Assembly (NCBI GenBank): GCA_035267645.1
Contig: DATFLN010000034.1
Location: 28,101 to 92,100 of the forward strand
Direction of reading: 5' to 3'
Length of the DNA stretch: 64,000 bases
Origin: Gemmatimonadota bacterium
GTDB taxonomy: Bacteria > Gemmatimonadota > Gemmatimonadetes > Palauibacterales > Palauibacteraceae
Shown: one piece after another, positions 19,215 to 29,994 of the stretch
How positions within the stretch are numbered: position 1 is the stretch's first letter
Layout of the letters: the number at the start of each line of letters is the position of its first letter
Made by a program: the position numbers and the translations under genes
Notes under the pieces: model-generated
What the model saw: the letters and a program-made list of their open reading frames with translations, nothing else
Told to the model about the DNA's origin: nothing
The model's database searches: none

Positions 19215-20579
19215 GTGAGGGGGAGCGTCCGGGCGGGAGCGCGGATCTTCGCGTCGGCGGTCGCGGGAGCGGTGCTGACCGCGTGCGCCTCGCTGGGTAC
19301 CGCCGGGACGGGCGGCGGAGCGGCGACCCCCGGCGGCGCGGGCCCGGCCCGGGGCGCGGCCGCCGCGCCGGCGGAGGCGGGCGGCCTCCCGAGCCGGGAG
19401 CCCTGGCTCCGGGTCGGCGTCGAGGTGGCGCCCGACTCGGTGGTGGTGCGGTCGAGCGGGGCGCTGCGCGTGCGGGATCTGGCCACGGGCGCCGAGGTCG
19501 GTCCCCCCGCGGCCGAAACCTGGACGATGCGCCCGGCGGAGGGCGGGGGCGTGCTCGCGGTGGCCGACGGCGACACGCTGGACGGCGCGCGCCAGGACCT
19601 CCTCCTGGAGGCCCGGGACGGTTCGGGCGACGTGCGCATCGACGGCCGGGCGTACCGGGGCGGCGCCGAGGTGGTGGCGGTGCCGGGCCGGGGGATCGTG
19701 GCCATCAACCGCCTGCCCCTCGAGGCCTACCTCCTCGGGGTGGTGCCCCTGGAGATCGGCCCGCGGGGGCGGGAGGAGGCCCAGGCGGTGAAGGCCCAGG
19801 CGGTGGCGGCCCGGACGTACGCGCTGGCCAACCTCGGGCGGCGGGACTCGCTCGGGTTCGACGTCTTCGGCTCGGTCCAGGACCAGGTGTACGGCGGGAT
19901 CGGGGCGGAGCGTCCGGAGGCGGTGGAGGCCGTGCGCGCCACGGCCGGGGAGGTGCTCACCTGGCGCGGCCGGCCCATCCGGGCCTACTACCACGCGGAC
20001 GGCGGAGGGCGCACGGCGGCCGTGCACGAGGTTTGGAACCTGCCCGACGCTCCGTACCTTCGGTCGGTGACCGACCGCCGGCCCGACGGGTCGGACTGGG
20101 GCGACGCCGACCCGAACCACCGCTGGGAGGAGAGCTGGTCGGCGGCCGAGCTGCGGGCGTCACTCTCGGCCGGCCTGGCGTCCTACTACGGCGTGGACAC
20201 CGTGAGGGTGGGGACCGTGAGCCACATCCGGGTGTCGGGGAGGACCGCGAGCGGCCGGGCGGCCGCGCTCGAGGTGCGGACGGACCGGGGACGCTACGTC
20301 GTGGAGAGGAACGACATCCGCTTCGTCCTGCGCCGCGCGGACGGCCGGGTCCTGCGCTCGACGCTGTTCGAGGTGGAGCGGGGGCCGGGCGCCGCCGCCG
20401 GCCTGGTCCTGCGAGGGCGCGGAAACGGGCACGGCGTCGGGATGTGCCAGTGGGGCGCGATCGGGAGGGCCCGTTCGGGCCAGGGCTACCGGGAGATCCT
20501 GGAAGCCTACTATCCCGGGGCGGAGCTTCGCCGGGCCTACGCGGACGGCGGTGACGCCCCGGCAGGCGACGGGAGCTGA
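19215..20579 (+). CDS. SpoIID/LytB domain protein (lytic transglycosylase-like), predicted lipoprotein
   Basis: GTG start followed by a lipobox-like LTAC. The SpoIID domain reads LPLEAYLLGVVPLEI...AQAVAARTYALANLGRR...GFDVFGSVQDQVYGG. Confidence 0.7.
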   Translation: MRGSVRAGARIFASAVAGAVLTACASLGTAGTGGGAATPGGAGPARGAAAAPAEAGGLPSREPWLRVGVEVAPDSVVVRSSGALRVRDLATGAEVGPPAAETWTMRPAEGGGVLAVADGDTLDGARQDLLLEARDGSGDVRIDGRAYRGGAEVVAVPGRGIVAINRLPLEAYLLGVVPLEIGPRGREEAQAVKAQAVAARTYALANLGRRDSLGFDVFGSVQDQVYGGIGAERPEAVEAVRATAGEVLTWRGRPIRAYYHADGGGRTAAVHEVWNLPDAPYLRSVTDRRPDGSDWGDADPNHRWEESWSAAELRASLSAGLASYYGVDTVRVGTVSHIRVSGRTASGRAAALEVRTDRGRYVVERNDIRFVLRRADGRVLRSTLFEVERGPGAAAGLVLRGRGNGHGVGMCQWGAIGRARSGQGYREILEAYYPGAELRRAYADGGDAPAGDGS

Positions 20580-20608
20580 GCGAGACCGCGGAAGGAGAGA
20601 GGGCGAGG

Positions 20609-21610
20609 ATGGCGAGAGACATTCGTGTGGCGGTGATCGGTGCCGGGGGCGTGGCCCAGGTCGTCCACCTCCCCATCCTGAAGCGCCTGCCGGACCTCGA
20701 GGTGGCCGCGATCGTGGACCCGCAGCGGGCCAAGGCCAGGACCATCGCCGACCGCTTCGGGGTGGAGGGCGTCCTTCAGGAGGTCGGCGACCTGGCATCG
20801 GTCGACGGCCTGGACGCCGTGGTCATCTGCACGCCGAACGACGTCCACGAGGAAAACGCCATCACCTGCCTGGAGATGGGGCTCCACGTCCTGTGCGAGC
20901 GTCCCATCTCGACCACGAGCGCCTCGGCGCGCCGGATGATCGGGGCCGCCGAGGAGGCCGACCGGCAGCTCATGGTGGCCATGAACCAGCGCTTCCGCTA
21001 CGACGCCCGGGCGATCCGGCAGTTCGTGGCGAGCGGCGAGCTCGGGGACGTCTTCTTCGTCCGGAGCTCGTGGCTCAACCGCCGCGTGAACCGCCCGCGC
21101 CGCGGCTGGAAGAGGCTGGCGAACCGGGCCGGCGGAGGGGTCCTCATGGACCTGGGCGTCCAGGCCATCGACCTGGCCCTGTGGCTGGCCGGCTATCCGC
21201 GGGTGGAGCGGGTGAGCGCCCGCGTCCACCGCCGGGAGGAGGTCGAGGACTCGGCGGTGGTCCTCATGGCCATCGAGGACGGCAGCACCGTGAGCGTCGA
21301 GGTGACCTGGGAGCTCATGGAGGACCGGGACCGCCACGCGGTCTACGTGCTGGGCACGCGCGGCTCGGCGTCCACCTCGCCCTTCCGGGTCCTCAAGGAG
21401 CTCGAGACCGGGCTCACCGAGGTCACGCCGCCGCTGGACGTGGCGCCCTCGGGCCTGTACACGGCCGCCTACCGGCAGGAGTGGGCCTACTTCCTCCGCA
21501 GGGTGCGGGGCGAGCGCCCGCGGGAGGTGCAGGAGGACCAGATCCACCTCCTGGAGGTCGTGGAGGCGTGCTACGCGTCGGTGGAGGAGGAGCGCGAGGT
21601 GAGCGTATGA
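20609..21610 (+). CDS. Gfo/Idh/MocA family NAD(P)-dependent oxidoreductase
   Basis: IRVAVIGAGGVAQVVHLPIL Rossmann N-terminus. EMGLHVLCERP is the EKP-like motif. Confidence 0.8.
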   Translation: MARDIRVAVIGAGGVAQVVHLPILKRLPDLEVAAIVDPQRAKARTIADRFGVEGVLQEVGDLASVDGLDAVVICTPNDVHEENAITCLEMGLHVLCERPISTTSASARRMIGAAEEADRQLMVAMNQRFRYDARAIRQFVASGELGDVFFVRSSWLNRRVNRPRRGWKRLANRAGGGVLMDLGVQAIDLALWLAGYPRVERVSARVHRREEVEDSAVVLMAIEDGSTVSVEVTWELMEDRDRHAVYVLGTRGSASTSPFRVLKELETGLTEVTPPLDVAPSGLYTAAYRQEWAYFLRRVRGERPREVQEDQIHLLEVVEACYASVEEEREVSV

Positions 21611-23352
21611 GGTGGCGCCGGCTGGTGCCGCGCATGCCGCGGCGGCCGGCCCCGCTCCTCCTCTCCGGCCTCCTCCTGGGACTCGCCGTCCCGCCCTTCC
21701 ACCTGGTCCTTCCGTCCTTCGTGGCGCTCGTGCCCTTCGGAGTGTGGGTGGCGGACCTCCCGGCCGGGGACGTGGAGGGGCGGGCGGAGGCCCTGCGCGG
21801 CGGGTTCCTGCTCGGCCTGGTCTCCTACACGCTCGTCTTCTACTGGCTGCTCACCTCGCTCATCTACTACACGCCGATGGCCATCCTGGCCTTCGCCCTC
21901 CCCGTCCTGATCATGTCCGGCTTCCTGGCCGTGGCCACGGAGGGCATGCGGCAGGCCCGCGTGCGTCTGGCATGGCCGCTGTGGATCGCGCTTCCGGTGT
22001 TCTGGACGGCGGTCGAGTGGCTCCGTGGGCATCTGGGACCCGTCTCCTTCCCCTGGATGCAGCTGGGCGACTCGCTGGCCGCCACGCCCCGCCTGGCGGG
22101 AGCCGCCGACCTGGTGGGCTCGCGGGGGCTCTCCTTCTGGCTGGCGCTCGTGAGCGGTCTCGGCGCCGGACTGTGGGTGGCATGGCGGAGCCGCGGGTCG
22201 GCCGGCGCGGGCCGGCCCGGGGCCGCGGGGTCGGGGGCGGCGGACAGCGGCCCCGGGGGCGGCGCCGTCTCGGGGGAGGGCGGACGCGGCCGCCGGCTGC
22301 GGTGGCTGGCCGGCGGGCTGACGGCCGCGCTGGCCCTCCCGATCGCCTACTCGGTGGTCCGCTACGAGACGATCGACCTGCGGCCGGCGGCGCGGGTGGC
22401 GGTGATCCAGCCGAACGTGGAGGAGGACCTCAAGATGAAGGAGGAGGCGGCCGTCGACACGGCCATGACCTCCTTCTACCGGCTGACGTCGGACAGCGTG
22501 CTCCCCGACACGGCCGGCCTCGACATGATCGTGCTGCCCGAGACCGCGTTCCCGGCCTACGTCGAGTCGATTCCGTCCACCGGATGGGCGGGCCGTCCCG
22601 ACATACTGGGGATGATCCGCCGGGTGGCGCGGGCCACGGACGCGCGCATCCTGTTCGGAGCCATCGGCAGCCACGACCTCGGGAACGGCGACTGGAACTA
22701 CTTCAACACCGCCTACCTCATGGACACGGGGGGGCGGCTCGTGGGCCGCTACGACAAGCACTACCTGGTCCCCATGGTGGAGCGCGTGCCGTTCGTGCCG
22801 CCGAGCTGGCTCGATCGCTTCCCGTTCTTCGGCGGCTTCGCGCGCGGTGAGAAGGCCCCCATCTTCCGCTCCGACGGCGGGAGCTTCGGGATCGTGATCT
22901 GTTACGAGGACGTGTTCGCGGATTGGCCGCGCCGTTACCGGAACGAGGGCGCCGACTTCCTGGTCAACATCACGAACGACGCGTGGTTCGGTCGAGAGAT
23001 GCCGTGGTGGAGCCGGACGAGCGCCCTGTGGCAGCACCCGGCGCACCTGGCCATGCGTGCGATCGAGAACCGCATGGGCGCCGTGCGCTCGGCGAACACC
23101 GGGATCTCGGAGATCATCGATCCGCTCGGCCGCGTGTCGCACGAGACCGCGCTCTTCCGCCCCGCCGCCTTCACCGCGACCGTGATGACGTCGGACGTCC
23201 GCACCCTGTACGACCGCTGGGGCGACGTGGTCGGCTGGGGCTCGATCCTGGCCGCGGTGGGCGCAGCGCTTGCATCCCTCCTGCGCGGGCGCCGCGAGGG
23301 CGGCGCCGGTGGCCGCGGCGCGGAGGAGGCCGGACGCCGGCCCGCCACCTGA
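21607..23352 (+). CDS. lnt: Apolipoprotein N-acyltransferase
   Basis: N-terminal polytopic membrane domain plus a C-terminal nitrilase/CN-hydrolase domain (IVLPETAFPAY...GIVICYEDVF...NITNDAWFG). ATGA overlap with the upstream stop. Confidence 0.8.
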   Translation: MRWRRLVPRMPRRPAPLLLSGLLLGLAVPPFHLVLPSFVALVPFGVWVADLPAGDVEGRAEALRGGFLLGLVSYTLVFYWLLTSLIYYTPMAILAFALPVLIMSGFLAVATEGMRQARVRLAWPLWIALPVFWTAVEWLRGHLGPVSFPWMQLGDSLAATPRLAGAADLVGSRGLSFWLALVSGLGAGLWVAWRSRGSAGAGRPGAAGSGAADSGPGGGAVSGEGGRGRRLRWLAGGLTAALALPIAYSVVRYETIDLRPAARVAVIQPNVEEDLKMKEEAAVDTAMTSFYRLTSDSVLPDTAGLDMIVLPETAFPAYVESIPSTGWAGRPDILGMIRRVARATDARILFGAIGSHDLGNGDWNYFNTAYLMDTGGRLVGRYDKHYLVPMVERVPFVPPSWLDRFPFFGGFARGEKAPIFRSDGGSFGIVICYEDVFADWPRRYRNEGADFLVNITNDAWFGREMPWWSRTSALWQHPAHLAMRAIENRMGAVRSANTGISEIIDPLGRVSHETALFRPAAFTATVMTSDVRTLYDRWGDVVGWGSILAAVGAALASLLRGRREGGAGGRGAEEAGRRPAT

Positions 23353-23420
23353 CGCCCTCCGACGTCCGTCCCGCACAGGTCCCTCTCGTCCCCACCCGGA
23401 TCCCAGGAGGAGGCACCCGC

Positions 23421-24677
<1,257 letters not shown>

Positions 24678-24734
24678 GCGCCCCCTGGGACCCCTCGCTT
24701 CACTCGATCACCACTTGACACCGAACACGGATGC

Positions 24735-26693
24735 TCAGCCGTCCCCTTCCGCCCGCGGCGGCTGTCCGTCTCCCTCGGAGACCTCGAGGCGGCGCTCCAG
24801 GAGCTGGGCCGCCACCGCCATGAAGTCGCGCTCGGTGACGAGCCCGACCAGGTGCCCCTCCTGCACCACGGGCAGGCAGGCGACGCCCTGCTCCCGCATC
24901 AGCGCCACGGCCTCGAGGGTGGGCGTCTCGGGCGAGGCCGTGACCAGGTCGGTCGTCATCACGGTCTCGACCGGCACCGGTCCGTCGGACTTCCGGTACT
25001 CGTCGCCCGTGAGGTAGCGGAGCAGGGTCCGGTCCGTCACCAGGCCCACCAGCCGGTGCTCGTCGTCCTCGACCGGCACGTAGCGCAGCTTGTGCCACAC
25101 CATGAGGTTGGCCACGAGCTCGAGCGCCTCGTGCTCGTTCACGGTGAGGAGGTCGGTGGTCATGAAGTCCTCGAGCCTCCGGTAGCCGGCCGTCCACCCG
25201 CCGCCCTCGTCCAGCGTCGCGAGCTCCCACTCCGACACCGGCCGATCGTCGTCCCGCTGCCGGGCGGCGGTGCCGCCGGTCAGGGCCCGGAGCCGCTCCT
25301 CGGGCCTGGCCTCCTCGCCCATGGCCGCCAGCGACTCCAGGAGCCACGAGGCCCCGGTCCGCTTGCGGCTCGCCCGCCGCTCGATCACGCCCAGGTAGCG
25401 GTCGATGTCGTCGGCGTCGATGCCGCTCTCCCGGAGGCCGCCCCGGGCCAGCGGGAGGAGACGCTCCAGGACCAGCCGGTCGGCGCCGGACTCGCCGCCG
25501 GGCCAGGCGAGCGTGGCTCCCAGCCCGAGCTTGGCGGCCGCGATGAAGTTGCCGCGGGCGTCGTGGAACTCCATGACCTCCCGGATGTCGCGGTACTCCT
25601 CCGAGGCGCCCCTCAGGAGCCCGAACCAGAAGGCCGCGTTGGAGATCTCGTCGGTCAGGGTCGGGCCGGAGGGCAGGACGCGGTTCTCGATCCGGAGGTG
25701 CGCACGGCCGTTGCCCGAGAGGCCGTAGCACGGCCGGTTCCACCGGTAGACGGTGCTGTTGTGGAGCTGGAGCGCCTCGAGCGAGGGGGCGCGTCCCTCC
25801 TCCATGACCTCGAAGGGATCCTCGCTCACGTCGGTGCCGAACAGCGACTTGAAGCGGGCCACGTCCTCCCGGAAGATCTCCAGGATCGAGCTGTCCACCC
25901 ACTGCCGCCCGAAGGTCACCCGCGGCGGCATCTCCCGCAGGTCCGGCTTCCGCTTCCGGGTGTCGATCGACTGCTGGAAGAGCGCGATCCGCGTCTCGCG
26001 CCACAGCCGCTTGCCGAACAGGAGGGGCGAGTTCACGGCCACGGCCAGCGCGGGCCCCGTGACGGCCTGGGCCACGTTGTAGAGGCGCGCGAAGTCCTCC
26101 GGGTCGACCTGGAAGTGGATCTGGAAGCTGGTGTTGGCCGCCTCGACCATCATCGAGTCGTGCCGGAGGTGCAGCTCGTCGGTCCCGCGAATGTAGAACT
26201 CGAAGGTGCCCCGCATCATGCGGGTGAGCGTGTCGTTCAGGATCCTGTAGCGCTCCCGGGGCGTCATCATGTCGAGGCCGAGGTCGGAGCGCTTCAGGGT
26301 CGGCAGGATTCCGGTGAGCAGGATCTCCGCGCCGTGCTCGCGCGCGACCCGGTGGGCCCGCTCGAGGAGGTCGGCCAGCTGGCCGTGCAGCCGCCGGAGG
26401 CAGTCGCCCTCGAACGTCAGGGGATGGGCGTTGAACTCGAGGTTGAACAGGCCGAGCTCCGGGACCACCCGCTCGTCGTCCACGTCCTCCAGGATGGCCC
26501 GGGCCACCGGCGCCGGACGCCAGTGGCGGTCCACCAGGAAGGTCTCCTGCTCGACCCCGATCCGGCTCCGCCCGCGCTCGATGAGGTCGCTCTCGAGGAG
26601 CGCCTCGAGCGCCTCCATGTCACGCAGGAGGTCGCGGGTGTACCGGCGCAGGGCCTCCGCCTCGCTCCGGGGCGTGTTCACTTCCTGACCCAT
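24735..26693 (-). CDS. Glutamate-cysteine ligase family 2 (GCS2/YbdK-like carboxylate-amine ligase) fused to a C-terminal CBS-domain pair
   Basis: The N-terminal ~480 aa carry GCS2 motifs (GVEQETFLVD...NAHP, HFQVDPEDF). The C-terminal ~140 aa are two CBS domains (TTDLLTV...LVGLVTDRTLL / TTDLVTA...LVGLVTERDFM). Start is MGQEVNT at 26693. Confidence 0.7.
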   Translation of the reverse strand: MGQEVNTPRSEAEALRRYTRDLLRDMEALEALLESDLIERGRSRIGVEQETFLVDRHWRPAPVARAILEDVDDERVVPELGLFNLEFNAHPLTFEGDCLRRLHGQLADLLERAHRVAREHGAEILLTGILPTLKRSDLGLDMMTPRERYRILNDTLTRMMRGTFEFYIRGTDELHLRHDSMMVEAANTSFQIHFQVDPEDFARLYNVAQAVTGPALAVAVNSPLLFGKRLWRETRIALFQQSIDTRKRKPDLREMPPRVTFGRQWVDSSILEIFREDVARFKSLFGTDVSEDPFEVMEEGRAPSLEALQLHNSTVYRWNRPCYGLSGNGRAHLRIENRVLPSGPTLTDEISNAAFWFGLLRGASEEYRDIREVMEFHDARGNFIAAAKLGLGATLAWPGGESGADRLVLERLLPLARGGLRESGIDADDIDRYLGVIERRASRKRTGASWLLESLAAMGEEARPEERLRALTGGTAARQRDDDRPVSEWELATLDEGGGWTAGYRRLEDFMTTDLLTVNEHEALELVANLMVWHKLRYVPVEDDEHRLVGLVTDRTLLRYLTGDEYRKSDGPVPVETVMTTDLVTASPETPTLEAVALMREQGVACLPVVQEGHLVGLVTERDFMAVAAQLLERRLEVSEGDGQPPRAEGDG

Positions 26694-26820
26694 GCGCGTC
26701 CCTTCGCTTCGCGAGACCGGGAGACCGTCGGGCCCGGAGCGCGGGCGGTGCCGCCCTGCTCCTGGTCCGGCCGGGGAAAAGGTCGGCGACGGACCGTCCC
26801 GCAACAAGGCGGGCGGCCGC

Positions 26821-27893
26821 TCACGCGCCCGCGGCCTCGAGGAAGCGGCGGGCCACGCGCGGCCAGTCGAACCGGCGGACGTGCTCGCGTCCGCGGGCTC
26901 CCATGCGATCCCGAAGCCCGGGATCCCGGAGGAGCCGGACCAGGGCCTCCGCCAGCGCCTCCCGGTCGCCCGGCGGGACCAGGAGGCCCGCCTCTCCGTG
27001 GGGGACGACCTCCGGGACGGCGGCGGCGCGCGCGGCGACGACCGGAAGGCGCGAGGCCATGGCCTCCAGGAAGACGATCCCGAACCCCTCCTGCAGGCTG
27101 GGAAGGGCGAAGGCGTGGGCGCGCGCGTACTCGCGGCGGATGCGCTCGCGGTCGTCGACCTCGCCCGCGAAGTCGACGGCCCCGGCGACGCCGATCCGGG
27201 CCGCCAGCCTCCGGAGCGACGGGAGCTCGGGGCCTCCGCCGATCACCCGGAGGCGGGCCGTGGGGAGGGCCTCCAGGACCCGCGGCATGGCCCCGACCAG
27301 CGTCCGGGTGTCCTTGCGGGGGTACTGCCGGGCCACGCTGAGGACGGTGGGCGGCCCCGCCGCGGCGCCCCCGTCGCGCTCCGGGCCCGGGCCCGGAGCG
27401 GGCCAGCGGGCCAGGTCGATCCCCTCCGGCACGACCCGGACCCGCGAGGGATCGAGCCCGTAGGCCTCGACGGCCCGACCGGCGCTGTAGCGGCTGGTCA
27501 CGACGACACGATCCGCGATCCGCGCGTTCCGGCCCTCGAGCCGGGAGAGGAGGGCGAAGCGGAGCCTCGTCGCCCCCCGCTCGAAGCGCATCTCGTCGGC
27601 CATGACGCCCTTCAGGGATGTGATCCGGCGCGGGCCTCCGGGGGCCGGGCCCAGGAAGCAGCCGTCCAGGTCGAAGCCCACCACCAGGTCCGCGCCGGAG
27701 GGAGGGGTCTCCAGCGGGAGGCTAAGGTTGAAGGCCAGCCGGGGGAGCGTCCGTCCGGTCCGCCGCTCGGGAGCGCGGACGGTGACCTCGTGGCCGAGGG
27801 CGCGCAGCGCGTCGCCGAGTCCCCCGATGGCGACCGCCGATCCGCTCCCGCGGCCCGGGTCCGCGTACCAGGAGTCGAGGAAGACGATGCGGA
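26821..27893 (-). CDS. Glycosyltransferase family 4 (GT-B); N-terminal start codon unresolved
   Basis: The C-terminal GT4 domain is FGIVFLEAMASRLPVVAAR...EAGLLVPPGD. Translating upstream in frame gives a GT4 N-terminus (RIVFLDSWYADPGRGSGSAVAIGGLGDALRALGHEV). No ATG/GTG/TTG occurs in frame between the stop at 28057-28059 and 27684. Confidence 0.55.
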
Positions 27894-27961
27894 GGGGGTC
27901 CCCCGCGCTCAGCTCGCGCTCCGCGCCCGGCCGCGGTCCGCTTCCGCTCGCGGGCGGGGTC

Positions 27962-28291
27962 CTACAGCTCCTCGATCTTGGCGGCCAGCACGAAGTCGCT
28001 CTCGGTGAGGCCGTCGATCTTGTGCGTCCAGATCTCGACGCCCGCCCGGCCCCAGCTCAGGTGGAGGTCGGGGTGGTGTCCCTGCTCCTCGGCCAGCCGG
28101 CCCACGCGGTTGACGAACTCGAGGGCGCCCACGAAGTCCTCGAACGCGAACTCCTTCTCCAGGTGGTGCTCCTCGACCACCCGCCAGCCGCCGTCGAGCT
28201 CGGCGAGCAGACCCTCGAGTTCCTCTCCCTCGAGCGGCGGCACGCCGCCCTTGCAGGGAACGCACTCCTTCTCGGCCAGACGTGTCGGCAT
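27962..28291 (-). CDS. phhB: Pterin-4-alpha-carbinolamine dehydratase
   Basis: 109 aa. GWRVVEEHHLEKEFAFEDFVGALEFVNRVGRLAEEQGHHPDLHLSWGRAGVEIWTHKIDGLTESDF is a canonical PCD/DCoH. Confidence 0.82.
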   Translation of the reverse strand: MPTRLAEKECVPCKGGVPPLEGEELEGLLAELDGGWRVVEEHHLEKEFAFEDFVGALEFVNRVGRLAEEQGHHPDLHLSWGRAGVEIWTHKIDGLTESDFVLAAKIEEL

Positions 28292-28380
28292 CCTCGCCTC
28301 CGGCGTGGTTGGATGGTCGGGTGGCTCCGGGGCCCGGGAGGAGCAAGTTTCGCTCCGGCCGCGTCCCGGGAAGGAGACGG

Positions 28381-29994
28381 TCAGGCCCTCCGCTCGCCGT
28401 CCCTCGGGCGTGTCGGGTCGTAGAACGCGATCTGGTTGCGGCCCCTCCGCTTGGCCCGGTAGAGGGCCTCGTCGGCGTGCTGGAGCAGGCCGTCGGCCTC
28501 GGCCGCGTCCTCGGGGAAGAAGGCCACTCCGGCCGACAGCGAGATCTGCAGGAGCTGGCTCTGGTCGTCACGGAAGTCCAGGGGCCCGATGGCCTCGCGG
28601 ATGCGCCGGTGCAGCCGCTCGACCTCCGCCTCGTCCGCCTGGAGGATGAGGGCCGCGAACTCGTCGCCCCCGATCCGGGCCACCTCGTCGGACTCCCGCA
28701 GGCTCGCGCGGAGCATGTCGGCCACGGCGCACAGGGCCCGGTCGCCGGTCTGGTGACCGTGGAGGTCGTTCACTTCCTTGAGGTAGTCGAAGTCGAAGAG
28801 GAGGAGGGCGAGCCGCTCATGGTAGCGCTCCGCCCGGCCCAGGTGGGTGTCGAGACGCTCCAGGAAGAACCGGCGGTTGTGGAGTCCGGTGAGCGGTTCG
28901 GTGATGGCCAGCCGCCGGGTCTCCTCGTACAGGCGGACGGTGTGGATGACGGCCGCCGCCTGCTGGGCGATGACGCTCAGGGTCTGGCGATGCTCCGGAC
29001 CGAAGGCTCCGGGCGTCCGCGACTCGGCGTCCAGCACGCCCAGGACCTCTCCGTCCACGACCAGCGGCACGGCCACCTCGCTCCGGCCGTCCGGGACGCC
29101 GGGTATGTAGTCCTCCTCGTGGTCGACGTCGTGCACGACCACCTCGCGGCCCGTGGCGGCACAGCGGCCGGTCACTCCGCCGCCCAGCGGGATCTCCAGC
29201 TCGTCCATGCCCGGCCCGTAGCCGCGCGAGGCGCGCACCCGCAGGACGTCCTCCTCGGGCTCCAGGAGGAGGAAGGCCATGTGGCAGTCCTCGTCCCCCG
29301 AGAGCTCGCAGGCGATGTCGAGGATCTTCTCCAGCGTCTCGTCCAGGTCCGTGCGCTCGTTGGAGACGCGGCTGATGCGGTACAGCGCGTCCAGCTCCCG
29401 GATGCGATCCTGGAGGCGGGCGCGGTCCCGGGCGGCGACGATGGCCAGGGCCGCCTGGACCCCGAGGGCCGTGAGGAGCTCCTCGTCCTCCACCGTGAAC
29501 GCGTGCTCCCGCTCGGATTCGACGTTCACGACCCCGACGACCTCGGAGCCCAGGAGGAGGGGCACGGCCAGGTTCGAGCGGGCCGTCTCCAGGCCGGGCA
29601 CGTAACGGTCGTCCGATCCGACGTCGCCGACCCGGACCGCGGTCCGGTGCTCGGCGGCCCAGCCGGAGATGCCCTCTCCGCGCCCGAGGACGAGCGAGAG
29701 GATCTCCTCGCGGCGGCGGCCGTAGCCGTAGGCCCGGGCGACGGAGAGCTCTCCCGTGCGGGGGTCCCGGAGCATGAGAGCCCCGTGCTCGAAGTCGATG
29801 AGGTCGCGCGCCTGCACGAGGATCTCGTCGACGAGCGCACCGAGATCGTCGCTGAGCCCGATGCGGCGTGCCGCCTGGTGCAGGCCTCCGAGCGAGGCAG
29901 GCCGGCTCACGGATCCTGGCTCCGCTCTCCGGCCGGCCCGGCCACAGGGTCCGCCGGCGGGCGCCGGCGGCCGGTCAGGCGAGCCCCTCGGCAC
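28381..29994 (-). CDS. Diguanylate cyclase with two N-terminal GAF domains (GAF-GAF-GGDEF)
   Basis: C-terminal GGDEF domain (RFFLERLDTHLGRAERYHERLALLLFDFDYLKEVNDLHGHQTGDRALCAVA...RIGGDEFAALI). Two GAF-like modules sit upstream. Start uncertain: GTG at 29994 or GTG at 29910. Confidence 0.8.
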   Translation of the reverse strand: MPRGSPDRPPAPAGGPCGRAGRRAEPGSVSRPASLGGLHQAARRIGLSDDLGALVDEILVQARDLIDFEHGALMLRDPRTGELSVARAYGYGRRREEILSLVLGRGEGISGWAAEHRTAVRVGDVGSDDRYVPGLETARSNLAVPLLLGSEVVGVVNVESEREHAFTVEDEELLTALGVQAALAIVAARDRARLQDRIRELDALYRISRVSNERTDLDETLEKILDIACELSGDEDCHMAFLLLEPEEDVLRVRASRGYGPGMDELEIPLGGGVTGRCAATGREVVVHDVDHEEDYIPGVPDGRSEVAVPLVVDGEVLGVLDAESRTPGAFGPEHRQTLSVIAQQAAAVIHTVRLYEETRRLAITEPLTGLHNRRFFLERLDTHLGRAERYHERLALLLFDFDYLKEVNDLHGHQTGDRALCAVADMLRASLRESDEVARIGGDEFAALILQADEAEVERLHRRIREAIGPLDFRDDQSQLLQISLSAGVAFFPEDAAEADGLLQHADEALYRAKRRGRNQIAFYDPTRPRDGERRA

